Assembly: GCF_000327385.1 (NCBI RefSeq)
Contig: NW_008709540.1
Span: forward strand, 24,238 to 88,237
DNA length: 64,000 nucleotides
Origin: Lottia gigantea
Lineage: Eukaryota
Reading direction: 5' to 3'
Positions 1 to 12,100 of the stretch are shown in pieces. The position numbers were made by a program, and so were the translations under genes. The notes under the pieces are model-generated. The model was not told the origin of the DNA, searched no databases, and was given only the letters and a program-made list of their open reading frames with translations. How positions within the stretch are numbered: the stretch's first letter is position 1; every line of letters begins with the position of its first letter.

Positions 1-2039
1 TTGACATGGGGCCCTGGAAAGATACCAGGGTTTATTGTGTTCTAGGCGAGGGTAATTAATATACTCTTCAAAACGCTTCTAAAATAAAACTATGTATTAT
101 AACCAAAGCAATTGTCTTATTACAATAAAAGGGGTTAATAACAGTAATTCAAGGCCTGTCCATATCTCCAGTACAATTAGTAATGTAATAATTGTGAAGC
201 CAATTTAAATAAAAGTCTCTTACCTACAAATTATTTGGAATTTTTTATGTAGAGGATCAATATCTGCAGGGAATAATGGAGGCCGAGTGTGCTCAATATA
301 ATCTGTACAATTCCGTACTGGACAATTCACCCCGTTCTCGTCTCTTTTAAATACTCCAAAAACACTGGCTTCTGTCAAATATATAAAGTTGATTGTATGC
401 GATCTTATTGAACGACCTGTGGAGTGGCATCACACGATATGATTCGAGTTTCGGTTCCAAAGTAGGCCGTCGTCACGTCCGGGGCTTAATTAACATACTA
501 ACGGAGAGTTAAAACGCCACAAGATAGTAAATAACTGTAAATAGTCCTAAAATTGACAAAAGTTGGTTTTAGCTAATGAGCTACATAAATAATTGACATA
601 ACAAAGGCACGTGGACCATTGTTTGAGTAACAATATTCCCCTCTAAACCGACATCTGACCGGTTTACTGGAGTTAATTCTATCGATATAAGGAAATATAT
701 ATAAAGAAACGATTTCATTCTTTATGTGATCCAAATCGGCGAACATGTCATAAAAACTGCATATATAATAATATGAACTGATCTATATGTAAAACCATAA
801 AACTTACCCATTGTCGTCACCAAACATAAAACTGAAAAAAACAGGGAAATACTGTGACTAAACATCTTGAAGATGGCGGTGATTCACTGCTGGCTGGTCA
901 AGTACTCGGGTTTCTCGAGATACTCGGTGGGGTTCGTTTGCTGTTATGGTACAAGGTTCCTACACGGTAAATGATCCCTTAACGCTGATTCTTGTTGTGC
1001 TGAATCTAGTAAGGTATAGAAGCTGGATCTCTTCAGGTTAACGGTGTCGTCTTATGATTACCTTGGATTTCTACTAACAAGGCACTGACGGTTAAGGAAT
1101 ATGTTCTTCACGTTGAAGTATCAAGAGTTAATTGCCTTGAAGTCCACCACTGGATCCGATGAGTGCGTGACGGTACGCGATCTACAGAATATGTTTATAT
1201 AAGATCTGATGTCGGTAGAGTTTTATACACTGTACACCAATTATATAACCACCAACAAAAGGTTAGATTCGAATCTTCATGAAGGCTTATCACAGACGTC
1301 ATATTGGGCCTCTTCCTCCGTTGTTTTTTCTCATTCAAAGTTCACCTCAAATTACTTCCGATAAAGAGAGTCTTCTGGTACGTAACGATGGTACAGTACA
1401 GTACGAACATACGACAGGAATCTGGATAGTTCTGCTAGTCAAGCTGGTGTCTTCTAGCAAATACAGCCACTCTCAACTGAAAGACTAAAAAAAACTGTCG
1501 AACTGGACAAGATTTGTCGGCACTCCCTTCGTAAACATGGCCAAGAGTTGATGACTAGTTTGGCTTTACGTAGGGCATCATGGCATCATTAATGCGTCGG
1601 CCTTATTGAATCCAGAATGAGACTCATAACGCAAACCTTGGAAAGGTAACATTATGTCACTGCATAAAATCGCCACCATGACGTCTTTAAAGCCTCCTTC
1701 TCCAATCCCACTAAGTCGAAACTGATCATGTTTTACATCATTAATATTGGAATTGATTAAGCTATTTAATTAGATGAAGTTTACCTTCACACATTTCCAA
1801 GAAATTTTCTTGTTGTTTAGCAAGTGTTTAATGACGTCAAATTGACTAAGGTTTATTGTTAACCCAGACCGGCATCTAGGGTCTTTTCATGAGAGATCCT
1901 CACAGTGTGTACATGATTTGACTCTTTACAAGTTTCATCTCGTTAACACCTTAATACAACCATCTTTACAATGTCAAGCTATTGCGAATTACGTTTAATA
2001 CCTTGAATGCAATAGCCACATATTTTGGTAACACAATAC

Positions 2040-2175
2040 AGAAAATACGGCGATTTGATTGGATTGTACGCTGGCGAATACAGCCAATCATAGCCCCTGA
2101 TAACCCGTGCAGGCAAATTGTTTAGTGTCTTTGGCTCTGATTGGTTGGCTGTATACGTTAATGTACAATCCAATC
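2040..2175. mobile_element. MITE-like hairpin element. A related full-length hairpin is at 59870-60045 and a half-copy at 10880-10960.
   Basis: Long inverted repeat …gcgatttgattggattgtacgctggcgaatacagccaatca…tgattggttggctgtatacgttaatgtacaatccaatcaaat…. The same arm sequence occurs as 'gcagcgatttgattggattgtacactagaaaatacagccaagc' at 10890 and as 'catttcattggattgtatgccagagaatacagccaatcag…ctgattggttgtaatcactagcgtagagaccaatcaaatc' at 59880-60030. Confidence 0.5.
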
Positions 2176-2339
2176 AAATAGTTGCATTTCAACGATTTTC
2201 TGTGATACAAGAAAGGTAGTAACTGCAGTGAAGGTATTACAAATGAATGGGAACACAGTCTGTCTGGTGTCGAATCTCTAATGGTAACATACAAACTATG
2301 ATATGACTGATTAATAAGAAATTCATTTCATTTCATTTT

Positions 2340-3010
2340 AACTGCGTGTTATAAATTATAAATATTAAATAACGGAACACAATTTTATGGTAACCTACTA
2401 CTTAGTTTTATTACACACGACGTTTCAACAATTTACATTGTCATCTTCAGGTGAAGTGAGGAAATATTGTAGCTAGGTAGGTAGATGACAAGTTAACGTT
2501 CGCTTCTTTTTTTTTTTTTTTTTTTATTGCACTCAGATACGGTGTCAGTGTCGGGATCTCATATATATATATAGGCCAGACACCAAGTACGCTTTCTCCA
2601 CTGAAGATGTGTTTTTTTCTAGCGGCTACTCGGCTTCGCCAACTAGAGTGTTAGGGGCTTTTGAAGTTTGCGTTCTTATGAATGGCTAGAAGGATCAAAG
2701 GGGGATTAGTGACCCTAACTCTAGACACAAGACTGTTACCTGTTATTGTTAGTAAGTTATATCAAGGGTGAGTTTTTTTTTTTAAAAGAAAGGTAGGTAT
2801 AGAAAACAATTTACATTGTCATCTTCAGGTGAATTGAGGAAATATGGTACAAGAAGGTATATATGTACACAAAAATATGATTGAAGTGACAGTAAACACC
2901 AGGGTGACAATAAGCAACTAAAGTGGGGGATTATCTTGGTTGATTATGATGACTAATAATAATAAAACTAAGGAGTAGTATACCATAAAAGTGTCTTCCG
3001 TTATTTAATG
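2340..3010. mobile_element. TIR-bounded non-autonomous element (~670 bp) with an internal direct duplication.
   Basis: Left end …aacggaacacaattttatggtaacctactacttagttttattacacac…. Right end (inverted) …ataataaaactaaggagtagtataccataaaagtgtcttccgttatttaa…. Internal 40-bp direct repeat 'caatttacattgtcatcttcaggtgaa[gt]tgaggaaatat' at 2431 and 2810. A related end sequence with a tandemly duplicated 'ctactccttagttttattacacac' lies at 27056-27180. Confidence 0.45.
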
Positions 3011-5150
3011 TGATCTCTACCCCTAAATGTCGCTAAGGATTAAAGTATAAATGAACTGAGTTGAACTATGGTCGGTTGAAATCTAAATGTCAAACTGAAA
3101 TCTCCACCGAGTCACAGTGGTCCGTTATTTAATAATATTCTTAATTTACAATAGTAAAATAATAGTTAAATCATAGCAAGTAACATTCTAATGGTTGAGA
3201 AGTGGACGGAGTGGTTTTCATATAATTATCCACAGGTCTTGGAATAGCAATCAGCTGCAATGTAGAAATGTAGATCAGAGATATTTTAAACTCCAATAAA
3301 CATAATATTCTACAATAGAATAAAATTCTCAATGAAATCACTAACGACTATCATGAAATCGTTCTGAAAAACACTTTGTTTAATATGTCGCCATATAAAG
3401 ATTACATGACAGTGGCTATAATACTATAGAGACTGGTTGAACCAAGGTGAAACCCAAAGGGAGGCTCTACCCCACGACTAAAAATACAAAATAAAAAAAT
3501 GGCCTAAAGTATACACATGTAAACCAACTAAAGCCCCGGTCCCACTGAGCATTTAGAAATCTGCGATGGTCTTGCGATTGTGCACTTTTGTCTTTTTCTA
3601 TCGCCAGTGTTCGCAAACCATCGCAAAGCCAAGTGGGGCTGGGGCTTAAGCAACCAGTAATATATATACATGAGTGAAATAGCATTAACTACAGACTGAA
3701 GGACTTTAAAATCTCCCATTAACAGACATTACATTGATTTACAGATGGGTCTCAGAATGGAAGAGAGCGTTTGTTAAATAAAAAACGGAAGGGCCCCAAC
3801 CTATATTAGTCCACGGCCTCCCTCTCATCTAGTTGAGTCACTGTGCATGATCTCCCATTAACATAACAATCTATAAAAAATATAGACATTTTATTACATA
3901 ACATTATTATATAAGTTAATTATATCACAATATATTTATATATACAGATATCACAGATAAAAAATAATACCTACATTCATAACTTTACACTTAAATATAA
4001 ATTATTTAGTAGGTCGGAAGGGATGAAGCGATTGGTCGTTCGAATTGGATAATCAACAGAAGGCCATGTGCCACAGGATGTGGACGTTAAATAGCCTTCG
4101 ACAGTTGGAAATCGAAAGAGAAGGCTAATTAATGTCCTACCCTCATATTTCACTACATGGCGCCTAAACAGGTTCAGAAAAGTTTTTAGGACTTTTAATC
4201 TTCATTTTATTTAGTGCTCTATTTATACCAATAGTATTGTTTGTCAAGTACGAAAGTGATTTTCTAGTCTTTTTATTAGCTACAGGTATTAACTATCAGA
4301 TCCAAACGTCCAGTTGTTCCCCATGGGCATAACGTAACTTTCACTTAATATACTTAAAGTGACACTACGTCTTAGAATGAACATAAAAGTTCTCAAGAAT
4401 GGTCAATATGAGTATATATTCATCTGTTAGTTTACCTGGTGTCATAAAGTTACACAAGAATCCCTGTCAATTCTGGAAAATTGGAAAATTCATAAAACTA
4501 AGTATTGATTGAGAAACGCTTAATCATAATATTAAGCTTTTTTCATTAGTTAATTGCATTTTTATGGATAATTACTAAGTTTTTTTGGATTTATCAGATT
4601 ATATCAGGATCCTGTTATGTTATTTATGACACCAGGTATATCTACTGATGAATATATGCTATTATTGGCCAAGTTTAAAATTCTTAAATTTTATGTTCAT
4701 TCAAAGACGTAGTATCCCTTTAACATTGAAATGGTGTTAACAGAAGCTACTTCGATGAACAAAACTTAAAAGCTATCAATCTCCATGCGAGAGAAACAAT
4801 ACTATTGGATTCATTTCATGAATAATTTCAGCAAATATAACCTCAGACGTGTTTCACTAGAGTGACAAACTTCTCTGTGGCTCGGTAATTAATATTAGTG
4901 AACTCGTTTCACAAATAATGTTAACAAATATCTCAATATGGGTTGACAAAGCATCTTGTATCACTATAACATTTTCTCGTTTCCTAAATATTTTTCACTA
5001 TCACTATCACTACAGGCTCGGCAAGTATCAGCATTGGACTCGTTTCATGTATAATGCATATATATTTCACTATGGATAGATCAGCGTTTGGACAGGTTTG
5101 ATTAATGATATTTTTAAATAGTTTATAATAGCCTAACTAATAACATGATG

Positions 5151-6167
5151 TCAAGGATGAAATAAATCCCTGATCATATCAACTCGTCCATCCGACTCGA
5201 TATAACCACGTCGTAGATTTCTCTCCGTATAGCGAGTCGGAGATCTGTAGCGTACACGCCGTGGACTCGGAGCTAGTCGTGTTGTTCGGACATAGTTGGC
5301 ATACATCCGAGGTGGTTGTGGCGTTAGAGGTACTTCTTCTACGACTAATGGCGACGGACTCCGACGTACCACAACGCGTTCTCTGATCGGAGCAAGTGGT
5401 AAAGGCGGAGACGGACTTAGTCGCATCACTGGAGAGGAACTACGGTACACTCGATGATAATTGGACGCTCTAGACAAATTGACAGATCCAAAAGTTTCAC
5501 TGAGTCCAGTCAGGGGACGAGGAAATCCAATACCCCGACGCACTGGCATGGGCAGATGATGAAAACGCGGTCGGATTACTGGAGGTAATTGTTCTACGGA
5601 CACACCGTTACGAATGATCGGCGTTGCGTACAGATGATAACGTCCATCATTGACAACGATTTTCACATCCGTCCTTGGATACACACCGTACGTTTCACGC
5701 AACTCTGACCGTAGATTAACTGGTAGCGTGTCAAACTGCCCGATGTATTCGTTCGTTGGAATGAAATCCCCGTAGACCAGTGTTCCGTCAATGGTATACG
5801 ACCCGCCTTGGAGCACAGCTGGAGAGCTTTCAATCCGTACTTGGCTGGCCGCAGCAATCGGAGGCAGGACTGGCATGGATTTATAGGGTGGAGGATATTT
5901 TCCGACCATCGAGTGATAAACGTTTGGTGCGTACGGTGGTGGGTTATAGTGTCCTATAACAGGCTGACTGTCAAAACCTACAGCATCTGCTACTGGGGTG
6001 GAGTAGTAGTCTCCGAACGGTAACATACCCTCATGGTGGTAGGTCATCTGGGAGGCAGTGACGGGATCTAAGGGTGTTACATACGATGCAGCCCCACCCA
6101 CGCCTTCCCCATAATGCTGTTGATAAACCGGTTGAAGTTCAGGCGGGAGGAGAGAATTGTAGGCCAT
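5151..6167 (-). CDS. Single-exon ORF of 338 aa encoding a Pro/Tyr/Arg/Ser-rich, Cys- and Trp-free protein with two PPPY (PPxY) motifs and a basic RS/RY-rich C-terminus. No recognisable domain.
   Basis: An uninterrupted 1017-nt ORF in a region where random ORFs are short. It is visibly more GC-rich than its AT-rich flanks and shows coding-like codon periodicity. The ATG is at 6165-6167 and the TGA at 5151-5153. A TATA-like 'tatattcattatatcaag' lies ~100 bp upstream on the minus strand. There are no internal GT-AG signatures interrupting the frame. Confidence 0.55.
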   Translation of the reverse strand: MAYNSLLPPELQPVYQQHYGEGVGGAASYVTPLDPVTASQMTYHHEGMLPFGDYYSTPVADAVGFDSQPVIGHYNPPPYAPNVYHSMVGKYPPPYKSMPVLPPIAAASQVRIESSPAVLQGGSYTIDGTLVYGDFIPTNEYIGQFDTLPVNLRSELRETYGVYPRTDVKIVVNDGRYHLYATPIIRNGVSVEQLPPVIRPRFHHLPMPVRRGIGFPRPLTGLSETFGSVNLSRASNYHRVYRSSSPVMRLSPSPPLPLAPIRERVVVRRSPSPLVVEEVPLTPQPPRMYANYVRTTRLAPSPRRVRYRSPTRYTERNLRRGYIESDGRVDMIRDLFHP

Positions 6168-9009
6168 TTTGGATGTTTCTTATTTGTTAAGTCAAATTAC
6201 AAATCCATTGTGCAGAATCAATAATCACCAGAATCACCACGACAGCAACGTTAGTTTACTGTCTTGATATAATGAATATAACACTGTTCCTATGGAATAT
6301 TTCAGACGCAGAATTCAATTGTAGGGGAATGGATATATCGACTTAATCCAAAAGCACAGAAACAGCGTTCAAATCGAAGAGTATCAAAAATTACAAAGTA
6401 CACTTTTTGAATACCGTACACTATCTCAATCAAGATGTTCCTTGGAAGGTTTTGGAAGATTTTAGCTGTTGATAAGGTAAATACAAATCAATGCGTCTTC
6501 TATTGCTGGACAAACCTTCCCCTATCGATTAATTCCTTCCACAAAAATTTCTGAATTTACTTCCACGTGGTACTCCGAATCGTTCCAGGAATAATTCACG
6601 CGTTTCTGATGATGCGGGAACAATTTAAACTTTGATAATGGCACAATTGATGAAATAATGTTACGGAAACCCTAACAAATCGTCCATTTTGTTTGGGTGT
6701 TGTGCATTATGTCAAGTTGTAACCAACCAACGCTGGTCGTAAACCATTGTCAGCTCTCAATACCCATCGACTCAATAGCAACCAAACGACTTGTACAACA
6801 CGACAATGAAAGGGTTAACCTATCAATAAAAGAAGGGTTTTGCTGAACAGTTAAATGTATTTCTGAACAATGAGGCGTTTTGTTCGACTACATTCTATTA
6901 GATATAACTAGAGTAAATAATATATAGTATTAAAGGCCCGTGATTATTAGCAATAATATACAAATAGGGGTGTTTATTAAAGGGAATGCACCGTTTGGTA
7001 TTTTCATAGTGTACTACAGTATATAGGGTTTAGGAAATAAAAGGGTTTTCAAGTTTGGGTTAATGAACATTTGCCATGTGAAGTAGTGGGCAGGTGTAAA
7101 ATGTTGCAAGAACAGCTTCATTAGTCTATTAGCTCTCGCTTTTCCTCGTCAGTTCCTACTACCATTAGCCCTGCAGGGTAAAGAGGGCCTGGAAGGCATC
7201 ATGTCGGAATCTAGCCCACACCCTTTGACTAAAAAACAGCTGAACCACCCGATTCCTTTGAGTTTTGGAAGCTGTCTTGTTCTTCATACAGAACAGTTTC
7301 TTATCGCGTGTATTAATGAGTCATGTCTCTCAAGTCAGAAATATTTTCTTTGTTGATGCAGTAGTTGGCCTGAAAATGTTTATCACATATCCTTGATTTT
7401 CCACTCGATCCTGTCCATTTTGTCTGTAAGTAGTACAGTCAAAATGAACCACCTTGCATTCCAAAACCTCTCATTGGTTTAACAGAGAAAATGAACACGA
7501 TAGGATGTTTATTCCCATCTATCTTGATAAATACAGGAATATTACTCGGCTTATATTGAAATCTCATTGATTTTGTCTGCGTTTTGTGCATTTGGGGGTG
7601 TTGAACATAACCCTTCGTGATACTAAACATGTTTTATCTTTCGTATTATGATATCAATATTCTACTTTTCTGTCCTCCTCATTACAAGAAGACTGTACCC
7701 AGACCTCGAGGGTAGAGAGCACGAGTCAAACTGGGGGCAAATAGAAGCATTACAATAAAGACCTTCCAAAATGGGAGCAGTTAAACTGACCATATTTTGA
7801 TGTATTTGGGCTTTTGTTACTTTATAATTGCAGATGACCTGATCAGAACCATGGTGCAGCTGAATTGGAGAAACACTTTTGTGTGCCCTTTCCATGTTCT
7901 GTTATCGAGTCTCTAGGGCATGACCCAGACCCTGTCCCATTCATATGACTCATGTGGTCAAGTCTGCTTTTCGATATCAACATCCCCTGCAAGTGTTTGT
8001 ATGACTCGGAATGCTCTGTGGTAAGAGTTCCCTGAATACTAGTGTTTAACAAGGTACCCTATGCTCTATCCTGCCCAAACCAGTGGCCTCTTGTTTTCTA
8101 TAAGTACTGACGGCAGTGGTGGAGCCAGGTTTACGTCCGAGGGAGGGGGGCCAAATATCTGAGATTGCCAGATTTTCTAACCAAGTTATGAGATTTTTGC
8201 CTGAAAAACTTGCTTTCGGGGCTGCGAGGATGGGGGGTGGGGGTGGTCTCCTTTGGCTCCGTCACTGACTGACGGCAATTATTGAGCTACAGCATTCCAT
8301 CTAAAAGGTGCTGTTGAGTGGACATGCTCCGTCGGAAAGCTCCATTGGAACTCGGAGGTTTACAGAAGGACCCATTCTTCCCTCAGTTCCTTTCGTTTCC
8401 TTTCTCTTAAATGTACGTTAGGAACTCTGATACAATCTTTGGCTTTATGGGAGTCCCAGGCCTGAAATTGATTTTAAAATGATGATATACAGCTTTATTT
8501 CAAAACGTTTAAAATATCACAGTAGTGGGTTGTGGTATAAAAAATGATAAATAACAATTCTCAATAAAATAATCAATAAATAGAAAATCAAGCGACGTGG
8601 ATGTGAATGGTTTAGACGTAGAAAAAGTATTATTTTATTTGAATACCGGTGACATTATTCTTTACAGGGATTTGAAAGGGGTTTGTATCCTTTTGAATGT
8701 TTATTAAGACCTGTATATGTCCAACATGGCGGTCAAGCCTCGATAATGATACCAATATGGGTGGATGCTGGATATAGAAGTAAACCTGAATCAATACACT
8801 AACAAAACAAGAGAGGCTTGACAATTTCTTTTTAATCTATGATAAGTTGGGTCACCGTCTGGTCATTAAGGGTGAAAACAGGTTGCTAAATATCTGACTT
8901 GTTTCACAGACTTAAGAATTAGTATTATTTGCCCACTGTATAGTGTATTGTAACAAGAGAATATACTGTCTGTGTGTTGCACTATGTCTGTGATATGATA
9001 CAAGACTGA

Positions 9010-9179
9010 TCAATGTTCCACCTGAACTAAGGCAGGGAAAGTTCTCATTCTTAACCGTTCTACTTCAGCACGTAATACAGCCACTTCCTGGGCCTGTGCC
9101 TTGGCTAAATCTACTAATTTTCGTCTCTGTACTATTTCTTTATATCTTTTCTCTGCTCCTGTATCTAGTCTTCTTTCAG
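9010..9179 (-). CDS. CFAP57-like terminal coding exon encoding ERRLDTGAEKRYKEIVQRRKLVDLAKAQAQEVAVLRAEVERLRMRTFPALVQVEH*.
   Basis: Acceptor tttacag| at 9180. The TGA stop is at 9010-9012. Confidence 0.55.
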
Positions 9180-12100
9180 CTGTAAATAAATCAAATTAGG
9201 ATTAATGCCTGTTCTATATCTTGTTGGTCCAATAAAATTTAGTTTTATACTCTCCTGTTCTGAATCAAATATGGCCAACAAGGCATAACTTATTGGGCCA
9301 AAGAAATTCCATGGAGTATTAGAGGCAACTCCCATTATTCTGTACCTTAATGTACTAAAATGTTGTTCTAGCAGTGCATCTTTTAAGGGTAATGAAGCCA
9401 GCAGTGTGTAGTGAGAGAATATTGTCCAATATTGTGCATTAAGTTCCTTAGATATTTCCCAAGCGTTGACAGATCTTTATCATGCACATCCTGCATCACA
9501 TAGAACCCCCTTTTTACCTCGCCCTTTTTGTTCTGCATGAATAATGGAAAAACAGAAGCAAGTGATTTGTTGATTCCCCACAGATCCTTCCTAAAGCAAA
9601 GGGAGGTAACTTATCATTCACAAATCAGACCTACCATTAACATCATCAATATGTTTTCTTTCATTAACTGAAACATTAATCTCAGTCAGTTGACTATCTA
9701 GGTCTTGATTAGAAGATTCCTTAGTTCGTATCGTCTTATTTAAATCTTTTAATATTTTTCTTTTTTCACTGACGTTCTTCTCATGTGTCTGAAATAATTA
9801 TAATAATAGATCTGTAAGGGAGGCTGTCAGTCAAGCAAAATGCATACTTTACAAAATGCTTTCTGCCACTTGGAGAAGTGAGCTCGACATCTTTCAGAGG
9901 GCAACATGTTTCTAAGTTTTGCCTTTTAAATTTGCTATCATTTTACATAGTAAAAGAATAGTCTGTGGGACCCCTGGATTAATTTGTGACCCCCTCACCT
10001 AATGTTTCCTAGATACTCCACTGCAAAAGGGTCCACATACATGTAGTTTAATAATAACAATTTGGTAACTGGGTTTGTTAACCAAGTCATCTTCAACAGA
10101 AAGCCATATATTGTCTTATTAAAAGTCTATAACAACTGTAACAGAGCTTTTATTTACCTTTTTGAGTAGTTGTAAGGTTTGCTCCAAAATTAAAATATCT
10201 TGAGTTTTCTTCGATACATAATCTTTCTCACTCAGATACTATAAATATATATATATATACATTGGATTAGTATCAAACATAATTATTACTATTTTATTTC
10301 TATATATCACAGAGTATTTTAAAATGACGAGTTGTCAATTTAACATTCAAACACAGATAATTCTAGACACACATGTATTTAAAGGTTCAAATTTCGATGG
10401 AGAGCTGTGAACACTAACACTGATTGGCTTAGCTAAATTCCTGTTTCTGAGACAAAAGTATGATTGGTCCAAAAAAATGATGCATCTGTCCCTTTAACCT
10501 CCTCCTAAGCAGAAGCAGAAATGTAGACGTAAAACTCCTGGCCTTGTAGTTACATATCAAGGGTAGGTGTTGGAGTGGAAAGCGCTCCTTAAAAGTGAAA
10601 TTGAGGCCAGTGAATGAGTACAATTAAATTGGTCAGGAATAATTACCAGTGTTCTCTCTAATTCAACGCTACAATAAAAAATACATGTGCATTTTCATAA
10701 TAATGATTGGGATAACTTACAGCTTGTATTTCTCTAGTAACCTTCATAAACTGTATATCTTTCATTTTATTCTGTAGATCATCCATTTCCATTAACATTC
10801 TCTTGTGTTCCCTGCAAGTACAATAAACATCTTAAACCCTCTAGTCTGCTAGACTAATACCTTGCCTGCAATAGCCACCTTCTTTGAAACACAGAATGCA
10901 GCGATTTGATTGGATTGTACACTAGAAAATACAGCCAAGCAGTCTGTAAACAATAAGCCATAATGTTTACAGTCTGTCTGTATGAAATTGCATGTCCTTT
11001 TCATTTACCAGTTGTTGCTATATACAATAATGCTACGAAGTGCAGGTTTTGTATTGACTGAAGTCATTTCAATTCGTACAATTCCATGGTGTACTCTGTA
11101 AGTGAAACATGCTTTTAAAGGAGTAATAATTTGACACAGTAGAAGTTTAAAGTAAGATAGACATAAATAATGGATATTGGCAGTTTACCATTCTAACTGT
11201 ATTATTCCTTTTCTAAAATCTTTACTGTCCATCATACTAGCTATCTTCTTCTCTCCATATTGCTAAAAACAAATCATTAGTTTCAGTTGATAGATGTAGA
11301 ATGTAGTCAATAAGAATATATTTAGTTATTTTAAACATAAAATGTCTTCGATATTAGTTTCGATAATGAATGGAGGTTCAGATTGCAGTCAAAGACATGT
11401 CTTAACACAAATTCTAAACAAAAATTGCTTCTATATTAGTTTCAATAAAGAATGACAGAGACAGAATGCTATACAAGAACATATTTTTACAGTTGTTTTA
11501 AAGGATAGCCTAGAAAGACAATCAATATACTGTAAGTTGTCATGTTTTCAGAATTCAAACTTTCAAAATGGATTTAAATTGTTCCTATCTTGTTTTGTTT
11601 GTTAGATGACATCATTCCTCACTATTCCAGTCAATTAAAGTAAAAAGTACAAATTTTCAGTAAAGTACAATTCTTTTGAAATATTCTATTGATAAGTTTA
11701 TTAAGTATCTGAAAGTATATCTTACTTTAATAGTTTTATTCAGGTCTTCTACCACACTGCGATGTAAGAGAGCACTAGGTTTAAAATCATGGACAAATCT
11801 TCCTGCATCAACTTCTACTTGACCTTGTTTTAATAATAACTGAACTTCTAAATTAATTGTAAATCTTTGACGGTCTTCTCTTAATCTGAAATAAATAACA
11901 TGAAAATATCTTAAAATGTACTGACAATAATTAAATTAAGTTAATGAAACAGTTTGGCCAAGGACTAGCTGGAAGAAAAGATCTTCATACACCTAAGTGC
12001 TTATCCTTGTAGAATATAGTTGTATTTGTTTCTTTCCAAGTTTTTGTAATATTCTATGTAATGGTTCTTTCTTTCTTTGAACCCTTGAGCACTCTCAATC

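Noticed and set aside
1279-4000. Short ORFs in the first 5 kb (1279-1488, 1979-2294, 3467-3719) as possible genes.
   Set aside because: All coincide with the hairpin/MITE sequences at 2040-2175 and 3520-3660 or with AT-rich non-coding DNA. None has splice-site or homology support.
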